Source: Rhynchopus sp. YZ270_cl-10 (taxonomy: Eukaryota). From it: a stretch of 64,000 nt of DNA. The stretch covers positions 1 through 64,000 of the forward strand of contig OZ037846.1 of the NCBI GenBank assembly GCA_964035575.1, in the 5' to 3' direction. Shown in pieces: positions 1-10,273 of the stretch. The notes under the pieces were generated by a model. That model made no database searches. It was not told the origin of the DNA and worked only from the letters and a program-made list of their open reading frames with translations. The stretch's first letter is position 1. The number at the start of each line of letters is the position of its first letter. Position numbers and translations under genes: made by a program.

Positions 1-3000
1 CGGGTTTGCGGGTTTGCGGGTTTGCGGGTTTGCGGTTTGCGGGTTTGCGGGTTTGCGGGTTTGCGGGTTTGCGGGTTTGCGGGTTTGCGGGTTTGCGGGT
101 TTGCGGGTTTGCGGGTTTGCGGGTTTGCGGGTTTGCGGGTTTGCGGGTTTGCGGGTTTGCGGGTTTGCGGGTTTGCGGGTTTGCGGGTTTGCGGGTTTGC
201 GGGTTTGCGGGTTTGCGGGTTTGCGGGTTTGCGGGTTTGCGGGTTTGCGGGTTTGCGGGTTTGCGGGTTTGCGGGTTTGCGGGTTTGCGGGTTTGCGGGT
301 TTGCGGGTTTGCGGGTTTGCGGGTTTGCGGGTTTGCGGGTTTGCGGGTTTGCTTGCGGTTTGCGGGTTTGCGGGTTGCGTTTGCGGCTAGTTTGCGGCGT
401 TGCGGGTTTGCGGTCGTTTGCGGTGTTTTGCGGGTTTGCGGGTTTGGTTGCGGTTCCGCGTTTGCGGGTTTGCGGGTTTGCGGTTTGCGGGTTTGCGGGT
501 TTGCGGGTTTGCGGTTGCGGTTTGCGGTTTGCGGGTTTGCGGGTTTGCGGGTTTGCGGGTTTGCGGGTTTGCGGGTTTGCGGGTTTGCGGGTTTGCGGGT
601 TTGCGGGTTTGCGGGTTTGCGGGTTTGCGGGTTTGCGGGTTTGCGGGTTTGCGGGTTTGCGGGTTTGCGGGTTTGCGGGTTTGCGGGTTTGCGGGTTTGC
701 GGGTTTGCGGGTTTGCGGGTTTGCGGGTTTGCGGGTTTGCGGGTTTGCGGGTTTGCGGGTTTGCGGGTTTGCGGGTTTGCGGGTTTGCGGGTTTGCGGGT
801 TTGCGGGTTTGCGGGTTTGCGGGTTTGCGGGTTTGCGGGTTTGCGGGTTTGCGGGTTTGCGGGTTTGCGGGTTTGCGGGTTTGCGGGTTTGCGGGTTTGC
901 GGGTTTGCGGGTTTGCGGGTTTGCGGGTTTGCGGGTTTGCGGGTTTGCGGGTTTGCGGGTTTGCGGGTTTGCGGGTTTGCGGGTTTGCGGGTTTGCGGGT
1001 TTGCGGGTTTGCGGGTTTGCGGGTTTGCGGGTTTGCGGGTTTGCGGGTTTGCGGGTTTGCGGGTTTGCGGGTTTGCGGGTTTGCGGGTTTGCGGTTTGCG
1101 GGTTTGCGGGTTTGCGGGTTTGCGGGTTTGCGGGTTTGCGGGTTTGCGGGTTTGCGGGTTTGCGGGTTTGCGGGTTTGCGGGTTTGCGGGTTTGCGGGTT
1201 TGCGGGTTTGCGGGTTTGCGGGTTTGCGGGTTTGCGGGTTTGCGGGTTTGCGGGTTTGCGGGTTTGCGGGTTTGCGGGTTTGCGGGTTTGCGGGTTTGCG
1301 GGTTTGCGGGTTTGCGGGTTTGCGGGTTTGCGGGTTTGCGGGTTTGCGGGTTTGCGGGTTTGCGGGTTTGCGGGTTTGCGGGTTTGCGGGTTTGCGGGTT
1401 TGCGGGTTTACGGGTTTGCGGGTTTGCGGGTTTGCGGGTTTGCGGGTTTGCGGGTTTGCGGGTTTGCGGGTTTGCGGGTTTGCGGGTTTGCGGGTTTGCG
1501 GGTTTGCGGGTTTGCGGGTTTGCGGGTTTGCGGGTTTGCGGGTTTGCGGGTTTGCGGGTTTGCGGGTTTGCGGGTTTGCGGGTTTGCGGGTTTGCGGGTT
1601 TGCGGGTTTGCGGGTTTGCGGGTTTGCGGGTTTGCGGGTTTGCGGGTTTGCGGGTTTGCGGGTTTGCGGGTTTGCGGGTTTGCGGTTTGCGGGTTTGCGG
1701 GTTTGCGGGTTTGCGGGTTTGCGGGTTTGCGGGTTTGCGGGTTTGCGGGTTTGCGGGTTTGCGGGTTTGCGGGTTTGCGGGTTTGCGGGTTTGCGGGTTT
1801 GCGGGTTTGCGGGTTTGCGGGTTTGCGGGTTTGCGGGTTTGCGGGTTTGCGGGTTTGCGGGTTTGCGGGTTTGCGGGTTTGCGGGTTTGCGGGTTTGCGG
1901 GTTTGCGGGTTTGCGGGTTTGCGGGTTTGCGGGTTTGCGGGTTTGCGGGTTTGCGGGTTTGCGGGTTTGCGGGTTTGCGGTTTGCGGGTTTGCGGGTTTG
2001 CGGGTTTGCGGGTTGCGGGTTTGCGGGTTTGCGGGTTTGCGGGTTTGCGGGTTTGCGGGTTTGCGGGTTTGCGGGTTTGCGGGTTTGCGGGTTTGCGGTT
2101 TGCGGGTTTGCGGGTTTGCGGGTTTGCGGGTTTGCGGGTTTGCGGGTTTGCGGGTTTGCGGGTTTGCGGGTTTGCGGGTTTGCGGGTTTGCGGGTTTGCG
2201 GGTTTGCGGGTTTGCGGGTTTGCGGGTTTGCGGGTTTGCGGGTTTGCGGGTTTGCGGGTTTGCGGGTTTGCGGGTTTGCGGGTTTGCGGGTTTGCGGGTT
2301 TGCGGGTTTGCGGGTTTGCGGGTTTGCGGGTTTGCGGGTTTGCGGGTTTGCGGGTTTGCGGGTTTGCGGGTTTGCGGGTTTGCGGGTTTGCGGGTTTGCG
2401 GGTTTGCGGGTTTGCGGGTTTGCGGGTTTGCGGGTTTGCGGGTTTGCGGGTTTGCGGGTTTGCGGGTTTGCGGGTTTGCGGGTTTGCGGGTTTGCGGGTT
2501 TGCGGGTTTGCGGGTTTGCGGGTTTGCGGGTTTGCGGGTTTGCGGGTTTGCGGGTTTGCGGGTTTGCGGGTTTGCGGGTTTGCGGGTTTGCGGGTTTGCG
2601 GGTTTGCGGGTTTGCGGGTTTGCGGGTTTGCGGGTTTGCGGGTTTGCGGGTTTGCGGGTTTGCGGGTTTGCGGGTTTGCGGGTTTGCGGGTTTGCGGGTT
2701 TGCGGGTTTGCGGGTTTGCGGGTTTGCGGGTTTGCGGGTTTGCGGGTTTGCGGGTTTGCGGGTTTGCGGGTTTGCGGGTTTGCGGGTTTGCGGGTTTGCG
2801 GGTTTGCGGGTTTGCGGGTTTGCGGGTTTGCGGGTTTGCGGGTTTGCGGGTTTGCGGGTTTGCGGGTTTGCGGGTTTGCGGGTTTGCGGGTTTGCGGGTT
2901 TGCGGGTTTGCGGGTTTGCGGGTTTGCGGGTTTGCGGGTTTGCGGGTTTGCGGGTTTGCGGGTTTGCGGGTTTGCGGGTTTGCGGGTTTGCGGGTTTGCG

Positions 3001-3537
3001 GGTTTGCGGGTTTGCGGGTTTGCGGGTTTGCGGGTTTGCGGGTTTGCGGGTTTGCGGGTTTGCGGGTTTGCGGGTTTGCGGGTTTGCGGGTTTGCGGGTT
3101 TGCGGGTTTGCGGGTTTGCGGGTTTGCGGGTTTGCGGGTTTGCGGGTTTGCGGGTTTGCGGGTTTGCGGGTTTGCGGGTTTGCGGGTTTGCGGGTTTGCG
3201 GGTTTGCGGGTTTGCGGGTTTGCGGGTTTGCGGGTTTGCGGGTTTGCGGGTTTGCGGGTTTGCGGGTTTGCGGGTTTGCGGGTTTGCGGGTTTGCGGGTT
3301 TGCGGGTTTGCGGGTTTGCGGGTTTGCGGGTTTGCGGGTTTGCGGGTTTGCGGGTTTGCGGGTTTGCGGGTTTGCGGGTTTACGGGTTTGCGGGTTTACG
3401 GGTTTGCGGGTTTGCGGGTTTGCGGGTTTGCGGGTTTGCGGGTTTGCGGGTTTGCGGGTTTGCGGGTTTGCGGGTTTGCGGGTTTGCGGGTTTGCGGGTT
3501 TGCGGGTTTGCGGGTTTGCGGGTTTGCGGGTTTGCGG
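1..3537. repeat. (GGGTTTGC)n 8-bp satellite, runs off the left window edge
   Basis: Near-perfect tandem 8-mer with sporadic 1-nt indels and G>A variants; degenerate patch at about 345-530. Confidence 0.99.
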
Positions 3538-3551
3538 TCCCTAGCTGGTTC

Positions 3552-3712
3552 GTGTGGTTGCGCGGGTGCGCGGGGTTCGGGCAACGTTATCTGGCTGGTG
3601 TGGTTGTGCGGGTGTGCGGGGTTCGGGCACGTTATCTGGCTGGTGTGGTTGTGCGGGTGCGCGGGGTTCGGTCAGCGTTATCTGGTTCTAGGTTGCGTTA
3701 TCTGGTTCGTGT
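3552..3712. repeat. Degenerate ~44-bp tandem repeat flanking the satellite
   Basis: About three copies of gtggttgtgcgggtg(t/c)gcggggttcgg...cgttatctgg. Confidence 0.8.
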
Positions 3713-3978
3713 GGCTGATATGGTTCTCGGGGGTCAGTTACTTAGCTTGCTCGTGTGCTATGTTATGTGGGTGAACACCACCAGTATACTTCCCCATGTA
3801 CTAAGGGTAAAAAACACTTTGTACATGGACACAAAAATTTTGCCAGAGGTCTTCATAAGAAATTTTTCACAGGCAAAAAAAAAATTTTTTTTTTCGAACG
3901 AGCTTTTTCTGAAGAAAAATTTTTTTTTGTGTAGAAAAAATTTTTTTGGCCTGTAAGTGGGTCAACCTGAAAATCCAT

Positions 3979-4060
3979 AAACATGTAAGTTTCCCACCAT
4001 AAACATGTAAGTCATGTTTTTCCCAAAACATGTAAGTGGATCCCAAAACATGTAAGTCAT
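3979..4060. repeat. Four iterated AAACATGTAAGT motifs
   Basis: aaacatgtaagt occurs four times at 20-25 bp spacing. Confidence 0.75.
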
Positions 4061-4192
4061 GGTCACCAAATACTGACCTCTATACTACCGAGGATACAAT
4101 CTTCACTCTGATTTAATTTCGCGCATCAAAATGGTCTAAAATGAGCACAGAAACGACGAAAATGCACGAAAATTCGTGAACAAAAAATGAAT

Positions 4193-4274
4193 CGCAGTCG
4201 GCAGGACTTGAACCTGCGCGGGCAGAGCCCAATGGATTTCTAGTCCACCTCCGTAACCACTTGGATACGACTGC
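4193..4274 (-). tRNA. tRNA-Ser(AGA)
   Basis: Cloverleaf with GCAGTCG/CGACTGC acceptor, anticodon arm GTGGA-CT-AGA-AA-TCCAT, long variable arm, TTCAAGT T-loop and G73. Confidence 0.96.
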
Positions 4275-4351
4275 TGTAATTCTCACCGTTCTTTGTTTTT
4301 AGGCAGTCATCTGTTTGCAGAAAATAATCTGGAACACGAAAACGAAAAAAA

Positions 4352-4435
4352 TCCTCTCGGCCGGAATCGAACCAGCGACCGCTCGATAACCGAGTATTCT
4401 ACAGTCGAGCGCTCTACCAATTGAGCTACGAGAGG
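4352..4435 (-). tRNA. tRNA-Tyr(GTA) with an 11-nt intron (4388-4398)
   Basis: CCTCTCG/CGAGAGG-A acceptor (C1:G72, A73); CTCGA-CT-GTA-G[AATACTCGGTT]A-TCGAG; intron at the canonical 37/38 position. Confidence 0.95.
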
Positions 4436-4559
4436 TTCTACAACTGTCATTGTTTTCACAGAAGCCCATAAAATTTTTTGGCTCAAAAAAATTTTTTTGC
4501 CACACAAACCTGTAGAAATTTGCACCCCATGTATTTCTTAATGATACGATAATATCAAG

Positions 4560-4632
4560 GCGAGGTTGGCGCAGTCGGGAGCGCGTAGGTCCCATAATCC
4601 TAAGGTCGTCAGTTCGATCCTGGCACCTCGCA
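4560..4632 (+). tRNA. tRNA-Met(CAT), elongator-type, with C33
   Basis: GCGAGGT/ACCTCGC-A acceptor; TAGGT-CC-CAT-AA-TCCTA with U31/U39; TTCGATC T-loop and G1:C72 argue against an initiator; followed by a T-run terminator. Confidence 0.92.
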
Positions 4633-4717
4633 CTTTTTTGTGTGTCTTTTTCCTTTGTGTGGGATTTTCAGCAAAATTTCCACCTTCATGCTAAACGCAT
4701 TGAAGCCCTAAATCATG

Positions 4718-4788
4718 GGCCCTATGGTGTAGCGGTAGCACTATGGATTCCAAATCCATCAACGGCGGTTCGATTCCGTCTAGGGTCA
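4718..4788 (+). tRNA. tRNA-Trp(CCA) with a Gln-like D-arm and short variable loop
   Basis: GGCCCTA/TAGGGTC-A acceptor; ATGGA-TT-CCA-AA-TCCAT; D-stem G10:C25, U11:A24, G12:C23, U13:G22; downstream T-run. Confidence 0.88.
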
Positions 4789-4870
4789 TTTCTTTTTTGT
4801 CACACTTTCCTTTCTGTGTTGTCTTGAAAAACTTCTTCGCAGGAGAAACAGCAAAAGCATCTTAATCAGC

Positions 4871-4942
4871 GGCGATTTAGCTCAGTGGCAGAGCATTGGT
4901 CTTGTAAACCAAGGGTCGGGGGTTCGATCCCCCCAGTTGCCT
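4871..4942 (+). tRNA. tRNA-Thr(TGT)
   Basis: GGCGATT/AGTTGCC acceptor; TTGGT-CT-TGT-AA-ACCAA; GGTTCGATCC B-box. Confidence 0.95.
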
Positions 4943-5074
4943 TTCTATTATTTGGTGATGTGATGTGATGTGGTTGTGCTGAAGAAGCAGCAACTGAGCA
5001 CTGGATGTGGCAGGCAGAAACGCAGAAGGGAGATGGCCTGGCCATGCTCCAGTACAGGCACGAGCGAGTGCTCA

Positions 5075-5312
5075 CAGAATGGCCTCCAAAAACCAACACA
5101 GAATGGAATGGCTGGAGACTTATAGGCTTACTGTAAGGATTTGTTAGGAGTGGAAAAATGCTTACATTGTGACTGAGAAAATGATCCGAAAATTCAATAC
5201 CCGGTCAGGAGTTTTTTTTTCCACTCCTAACAAATTCTTGAGGAAATCTGAATTATGGATTGCTAAAGATTTCCCAGCCATTCCATTCTGTGCTGGATTC
5301 CACCATTCTGTA
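5075..5312. repeat. Imperfect inverted-repeat (foldback) segment inside the tRNA cluster
   Basis: cacagaatggaatggctgg (~5097-5115) versus ccagccattccattctgtg (~5274-5292); tttgttaggagtggaaaaa (~5140-5158) versus tttttccactcctaacaaa (~5216-5234). Confidence 0.75.
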
Positions 5313-5633
5313 CTGGTGAGTCGCCAAGAAGCGGCAGCTGAGCACACTGGACATGCCCAGAAAGGAGATAAGTTGTGGGGCTGAAACGTGCTATCCCCAG
5401 CAAAAGGGTCTGGCACTTTTCGTGAGTGGAAGCAGTTCACACCTGGTTGAACGCAAAACCTACACCGGTCGGTGGGAGCCTGTGTTGGTTCGGAAAACAC
5501 ATATTTTCACCCAAATTCCACTCTCAACTTGCCAACAAAACAGAACTGAGATCGAGTGGAGGAAATATTTTTGACTTTCATTTGTCTCAAAATCTCAGAA
5601 ACCTGCAAAATCGTAAACATTCAAAAAGAAAAG

Positions 5634-5706
5634 CACCTCCCGCGGGGCTCGAACCCGCGACCACAAGGTTAAGGGCCTTGCGCTCTACCGACTGAGCTAG
5701 GGAGGC
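5634..5706 (-). tRNA. tRNA-Lys(CTT) with C33
   Basis: GCCTCCC/GGGAGGT-G acceptor; CAAGG-CC-CTT-AA-CCTTG; canonical D and T arms. Confidence 0.93.
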
Positions 5707-5814
5707 TCACATTCATTTAAACCAAAGAATCATTGTGGGGGGTGGTCATGCAGAAAAGTCTCTTGTCCTAAATTTGACCACCCCAGAGAAAAAGAAAGAA
5801 GGTAAAACTATTAG

Positions 5815-5887
5815 GCCCGTGTAGCCCAATGGATAAGGCGTTCGCTTCCTAAGCGAAAGATTGTGGGTTCGATCCCCACCATGGGTA
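5815..5887 (+). tRNA. tRNA-Arg(CCT)
   Basis: GCCCGTG/CATGGGT-A acceptor; D-loop AATGGATA; TTCGC-TT-CCT-AA-GCGAA. Confidence 0.95.
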
Positions 5888-6102
5888 TTCTCTTTTTCAC
5901 TGGGAAGTGAAAATATGAAAAATCATTTTTCAAGATTCTCTCACCATCTTGGGATTTTGGTGACAACAAAGATATGGCAAAATACTTTCACAAAAATACA
6001 CTTTTCCAAACTTCCTCATCTTGGGATTTTGGTGGTCGAAAAGATGTGGACATAATTTTTCTAAACAATTCCCAAGCAAGAAAAGTACCTGAATAAAAAG
6101 AG

Positions 6103-6174
6103 GGGCTCAGCAGGGAATCGAACCCTGGACCTCTCGCACCCGAAGCGAGAATCATGCCACTAGACCACTAAGCC
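6103..6174 (-). tRNA. tRNA-Pro(CGG)
   Basis: GGCTTAG/CTGAGCC-C acceptor; CTCGC-TT-CGG-GT-GCGAG; typical eukaryotic Pro body. Confidence 0.95.
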
Positions 6175-6267
6175 ACTGATTATTTTCTTCATCCAGATTT
6201 ACATGATGGCGTTAATATTCAAAAGTCAGAAATTCTTCTCTCCAAAACTTGGTCTAAAAAAAGTATT

Positions 6268-6339
6268 TTCCGCTGCGGGGAATTGAACCCCGGTCTGCCG
6301 GGTGAGAGCCGGCTGTTCTAACCACTATACTACAGCGGA
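6268..6339 (-). tRNA. tRNA-Glu(CTC)
   Basis: TCCGCTG/CAGCGGA-A acceptor; GCCGG-CT-CTC-AC-CCGGC. Confidence 0.95.
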
Positions 6340-6430
6340 TCTGATAGTAGGCAAAACTATTATCTGCATGGGGACATCTTTTCGATCGTTGCATTGAACG
6401 AAAATGTGAAGGAAAGTTCAAAAAAGAAAT

Positions 6431-6474
6431 TACAGCTAGTCGGGATTGAACCGACGATCTCTCGCGTGTGAGGC
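6431..6474 (-). pseudogene. 5'-truncated tRNA-Val(CAC)
   Basis: Reverse complement reads GC-CT-CAC-AC-GCGAG-AGATC-GTCGG-TTCAATC-CCGAC-TAGCTGT-A. The D-arm and acceptor 5' strand are missing and replaced by a perfect hairpin. Confidence 0.85.
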
Positions 6475-6520
6475 TGAATGCAGCAGTTTTAACGGTAAAC
6501 CGTTAAAACTGCTGCATTCA
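6475..6520. repeat. Perfect 22-bp inverted repeat with a 2-nt loop
   Basis: tgaatgcagcagttttaacggt-aa-accgttaaaactgctgcattca. Confidence 0.95.
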
Positions 6521-7039
6521 CTCGCATATTGCATATCATCTCACGTTCCCCACCTTTGTGGAATAAGCAAAAAAATTATGTCAGGTCGGTAGCGTGCAGA
6601 CGTTTCCTCGTATAGACATCTACAAAAAGAATCGGCAGTCATGGCAAAGGTTCCTGGCGAAGCCACGGTACGCAACATTTCAAAAAATTGTGCTTAAAAT
6701 TGCACATTTTACAGCCAAACTATGTCATGGGTGGCTTGCAATCTTGCGCCGCAGGCGCACGGTACGCTACTTTTTTGCTTTCGCCATGCTGCATGCTTCC
6801 TTTTCCTTCGGCGTTTCACCAATTGAGTCGCGTTCTGGCTGTGACGGGGTCACTTTGTTCATGAGTCCAGTTCTGGTCACTCTTAGAGGTTTGTGTGAGG
6901 TACCCCCAAGAATAATCATTTTGTTTTTTTTTTGGCCTGACCGGGTGGATATTTTTTTTTTTTTTCCCCAGACCGGGTAAATATTTTTTTTTTTATTTTA
7001 CCCGGTCTAGGGACCACTAACATATAAGGAGATAAAACC

Positions 7040-7832
7040 CTGACCTCACGCACTGGGCAGGTGGTCCGCTATTCGCTTCCCACGAGGCGCTCGCGTGCGC
7101 GCTTCGCGCGCCCGCTCGCGGTAACGCAAACATAAAGCCTCTTTGGTGACTTTTTTACACTTTTCGGCGTTCCTTGCTCACCAGACGCACGCTGCCTCTC
7201 TGAGTTCTGAACACTTTTTCGCCTGCTGTGATTGAGTAGTTGCGGCGGAAGTTCCACGAACGAGTCAAACATGGGGGTGTTCAGGTCCAGGACAGCAAAA
7301 GGCCCCCAAGTCCCTGCGCGCCTGTCGGAAATGTCCCACTGTACGTCTCGTGAGTACATCACTGCGTAGGGACGAGCACTTTCGCGTGTCCCTGGCCAAC
7401 GCCCTTACCGGCAGTCTTCCTCACGACGGATATGTTTCCCCGCAGGTCAAGCAGGCTGATAACCCTGCACGTATGACAAGGCAGGAACGTCGGGTTTGCG
7501 GGTTTGCGACAAGGCAGACACGTCCAGATTGTGCCGCCAGTACCCCGTTGGCGCAAGCAATATGTACTGTACATCGTCGCGCCCTATTGACCTCCTCCGT
7601 AAAGGTCATGTTTGCGACAATCCTACGCCATATTTTTCCGCAGCACCTCAATAAAACATGAAATTTCATACCACACTCGCCTCATTTTACAGCACTCCCG
7701 CAGTGTCATTTTCCAGATATTTCTTGATTTTCCATTCTATGTGTTCATTTTCTTTTCATTGCGACCAATCTCGGTATGATTCGCACTGTAGATATTTCTT
7801 CATTCACACACGTGCGTAAAAAGTCCAAAATT
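7040..7832. mobile_element. Truncated long variant of the ATT-targeting element family
   Basis: 7043-7127 matches the family's gcgcgcttcgcgcgc block; about 7650-7830 resembles about 9310-9510. Confidence 0.6.
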
Positions 7833-8599
7833 TAGGTGACGGGCTAAAAAACCTGTCGTTCTTGTGTGACACTTCCATGGAAACGTGATCAGGACCTCAC
7901 TTTTTTTACAGGTGGTTTATTTTGTAAGCACCTCACGCACTGAGCAGGTGGTCCGCTATTCGCTTCCCACGGGGCGTTCGCGTGCGCGCTTCGCGCGCCC
8001 GCTCACGGTAACGTGTACAAAAAAACTTCAGTTGGGCCTTCATGAACTGGCTTTTCAGGTGAAGAGTGGCCTGTTAAAAAGCGGTGTTTTTGTGGTAAAC
8101 GCCAGATGGTCAAAAGAGTGATCTGACCATATTCCCCAGGTATAACTGGTACTCAAAAAGTTCATTAACGAGGGAATCTTGCACTTTTGACCATCACATA
8201 TTACATGTGTTTTTTCCAGGTTTTTCAATGCACTTTCCTGTACTGGGAAGCATGCCACAAGTGTCATGTTTTACAAGGTAAAAATGACCAAAAAAGCTGA
8301 TTTTTGGCCGAATGCCACATGTCATTTGGCAGTCCAAATTCTGAACACGACTGAAAAAAAATTTTTTTTTGGGCCTCAATACCCCCAAACTACACGATGT
8401 ACCCAAAAAAGTCACTTTCTGATGAGCAACTATTTCTTTAAAAAAATCGATTTTTTGGTTAAATCCCCCCTGGATGGTGAGGGTGTGTGTGTGTGTGTAC
8501 AACCAACTAGTTGGTGTGTGTGGGTGTGGGTGGGTAGTGTGTGTGGGTGTGGGTGGCGCACAGCCTAAAGTAAAAACTAAAAAACTAAGGTTTTTTAGG
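7833..8599. mobile_element. ATT-targeting ~760-bp non-autonomous element (copy E0)
   Basis: Ends t(a)ggtgacgggctaaaaaacc ... ctaaaaaactaaggttttttagg, with ATT on both sides; internal GT microsatellite. Confidence 0.9.
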
Positions 8600-10273
8600 A
8601 TTTGGGTGACGGGCTAAAAAACCCTCCCAGCAGGTTAGCGAGCTGGTGTGGTAATGAGGCAGAAAAGAGGCTCCTTTAACACATCTTATCATGTACAGGG
8701 GAGGGAGACTCAAATCATAGTCTTTGGGATAGAAATGGATCACTTTAAAGCTTCACCTTCCACACGTGGATTGTGTGCGCACTTCACGCTCCCCTAATGT
8801 GTACCAAGTAATGAAACACTGGCATCTGCATGAACTCACCTTTTTTTAGCAGGGTGGTGTGTGGTAATGAGGAAGAACAGAGGCTTTTTCAGACAGCTCA
8901 CACCTGGTTCGCGTGCGCGCTTCGCGCGCCCGCTCACTGTAGCAAGTGGGTGAACCACTGGTACAGTTGTTCAACATGACAGGCGCATGCCCAAGTGCGC
9001 TAGTGCCCAGCTAGGTGTGATCGGTACTTCGTTAATACTCTCATCATTTAAAATCCTCAGGGATACCTTCTGCTGTATCTGTACTTCCCTGATGCCAACT
9101 AGACGAGTACTGGTCCGGAACCTCTGTGTAGTTTTGACTCATTAGATCCCGTGTGCACCTGCACAGTGTGTTACCACCTTCGTGTGCCGGTGATACCCAT
9201 CCCAGCACTTTCTACCCACAGACCAACACCTTCACACTGTTTCTAGATGAAGTGCCTTGACTCTCTCCTACACATTGCCAATGAGTGTCACAATTTGTTT
9301 TCCAAATTAAAACATGAAAATCCAAAACTTTTCGTAAATTTCACGGCTACGCTCGCCAGAATTTCCAGCACTCCTAGAGTGTTACTCTAAGCTTATTTTG
9401 TGGCTCTCTGTACCATGTGTTCATTATCTTTCCATTGCAACCAGTCTCGGCAAGATTAGAACCTCACATAATTATTCATTTACACCTGAGCGTAAAAAGT
9501 CGAAAATTTTTGGTTTTTGTGGCAAACGCCAGCTGGTCTGAAGAGTGATCTGACCATATTCCCCAGGTATAACTTGTACTCAAAAAATGAATTGGCGAAG
9601 GAATCTTGCACTTTTGACCACCACACATTACATGTGTTTTTAAGGCAAAAATGAACGAAAAAGCTGATTTTTGGCTGAATGGCAAGTGTCACTAACATGA
9701 AGGGTATCAGGTTAGGACTGAAAAAAAGTAGTTTTTCAGGCCTCAATATCTCCATATAACACGACTATAAAATGTACATTTTTTCTGATATGCAACTATT
9801 TTTTGTGTTTTTTGGTGTTTTCCGGTCTATGGTGAGGGTGTGTGTGGGTGTGTGTGGGTGTGTGTGGGTGTGTGTGGGTGTGTGTGGGTGTGTGTGGGTG
9901 GGGGTCTCTTTAGGATAAAATATGGGGGGAAAGGTCTTTTTAGGTTAATAGCGCCGAAAAAACGGCAGCGAGGTATGTGGTCATGAGGGCGAGACTGGGG
10001 AAACACCCGTCGCTCGTGCCCTGACCTGTGCCCAACTTTGACGCCACACTGAGGTAGCGTTCTCCACGTGAGAAGCATAATCTCCAATACTGTCTCATGA
10101 CAGAAAACAACTCCGAACACAAAAAATATGGCACGAAAAAACGTAACGTAGGTAAAAAACAGCCCCACGCGAAACACACGCACGAAACATCAAAAACAAC
10201 AACCTTGACTCGACCATTCGCACTCCGACGACCAGAAAAAACAAAGCCACACCCTAGAAAATAGAAAAAACAT

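Noticed and set aside
1..3537. True telomere at the window start
   Set aside because: The G-rich strand runs 5'->3' into the chromosome; a left telomere would show the C-rich strand. The unit is also not TTAGGG.
6..3956. Long ORFs (up to 1316 aa) of RVCGFAGL repeats
   Set aside because: Artefact of a stop-free 8-bp satellite that is open in all frames.
4560..4632. Initiator tRNA-Met
   Set aside because: Lacks A1:U72, the three G:C anticodon-stem pairs and the A54/A60 T-loop.
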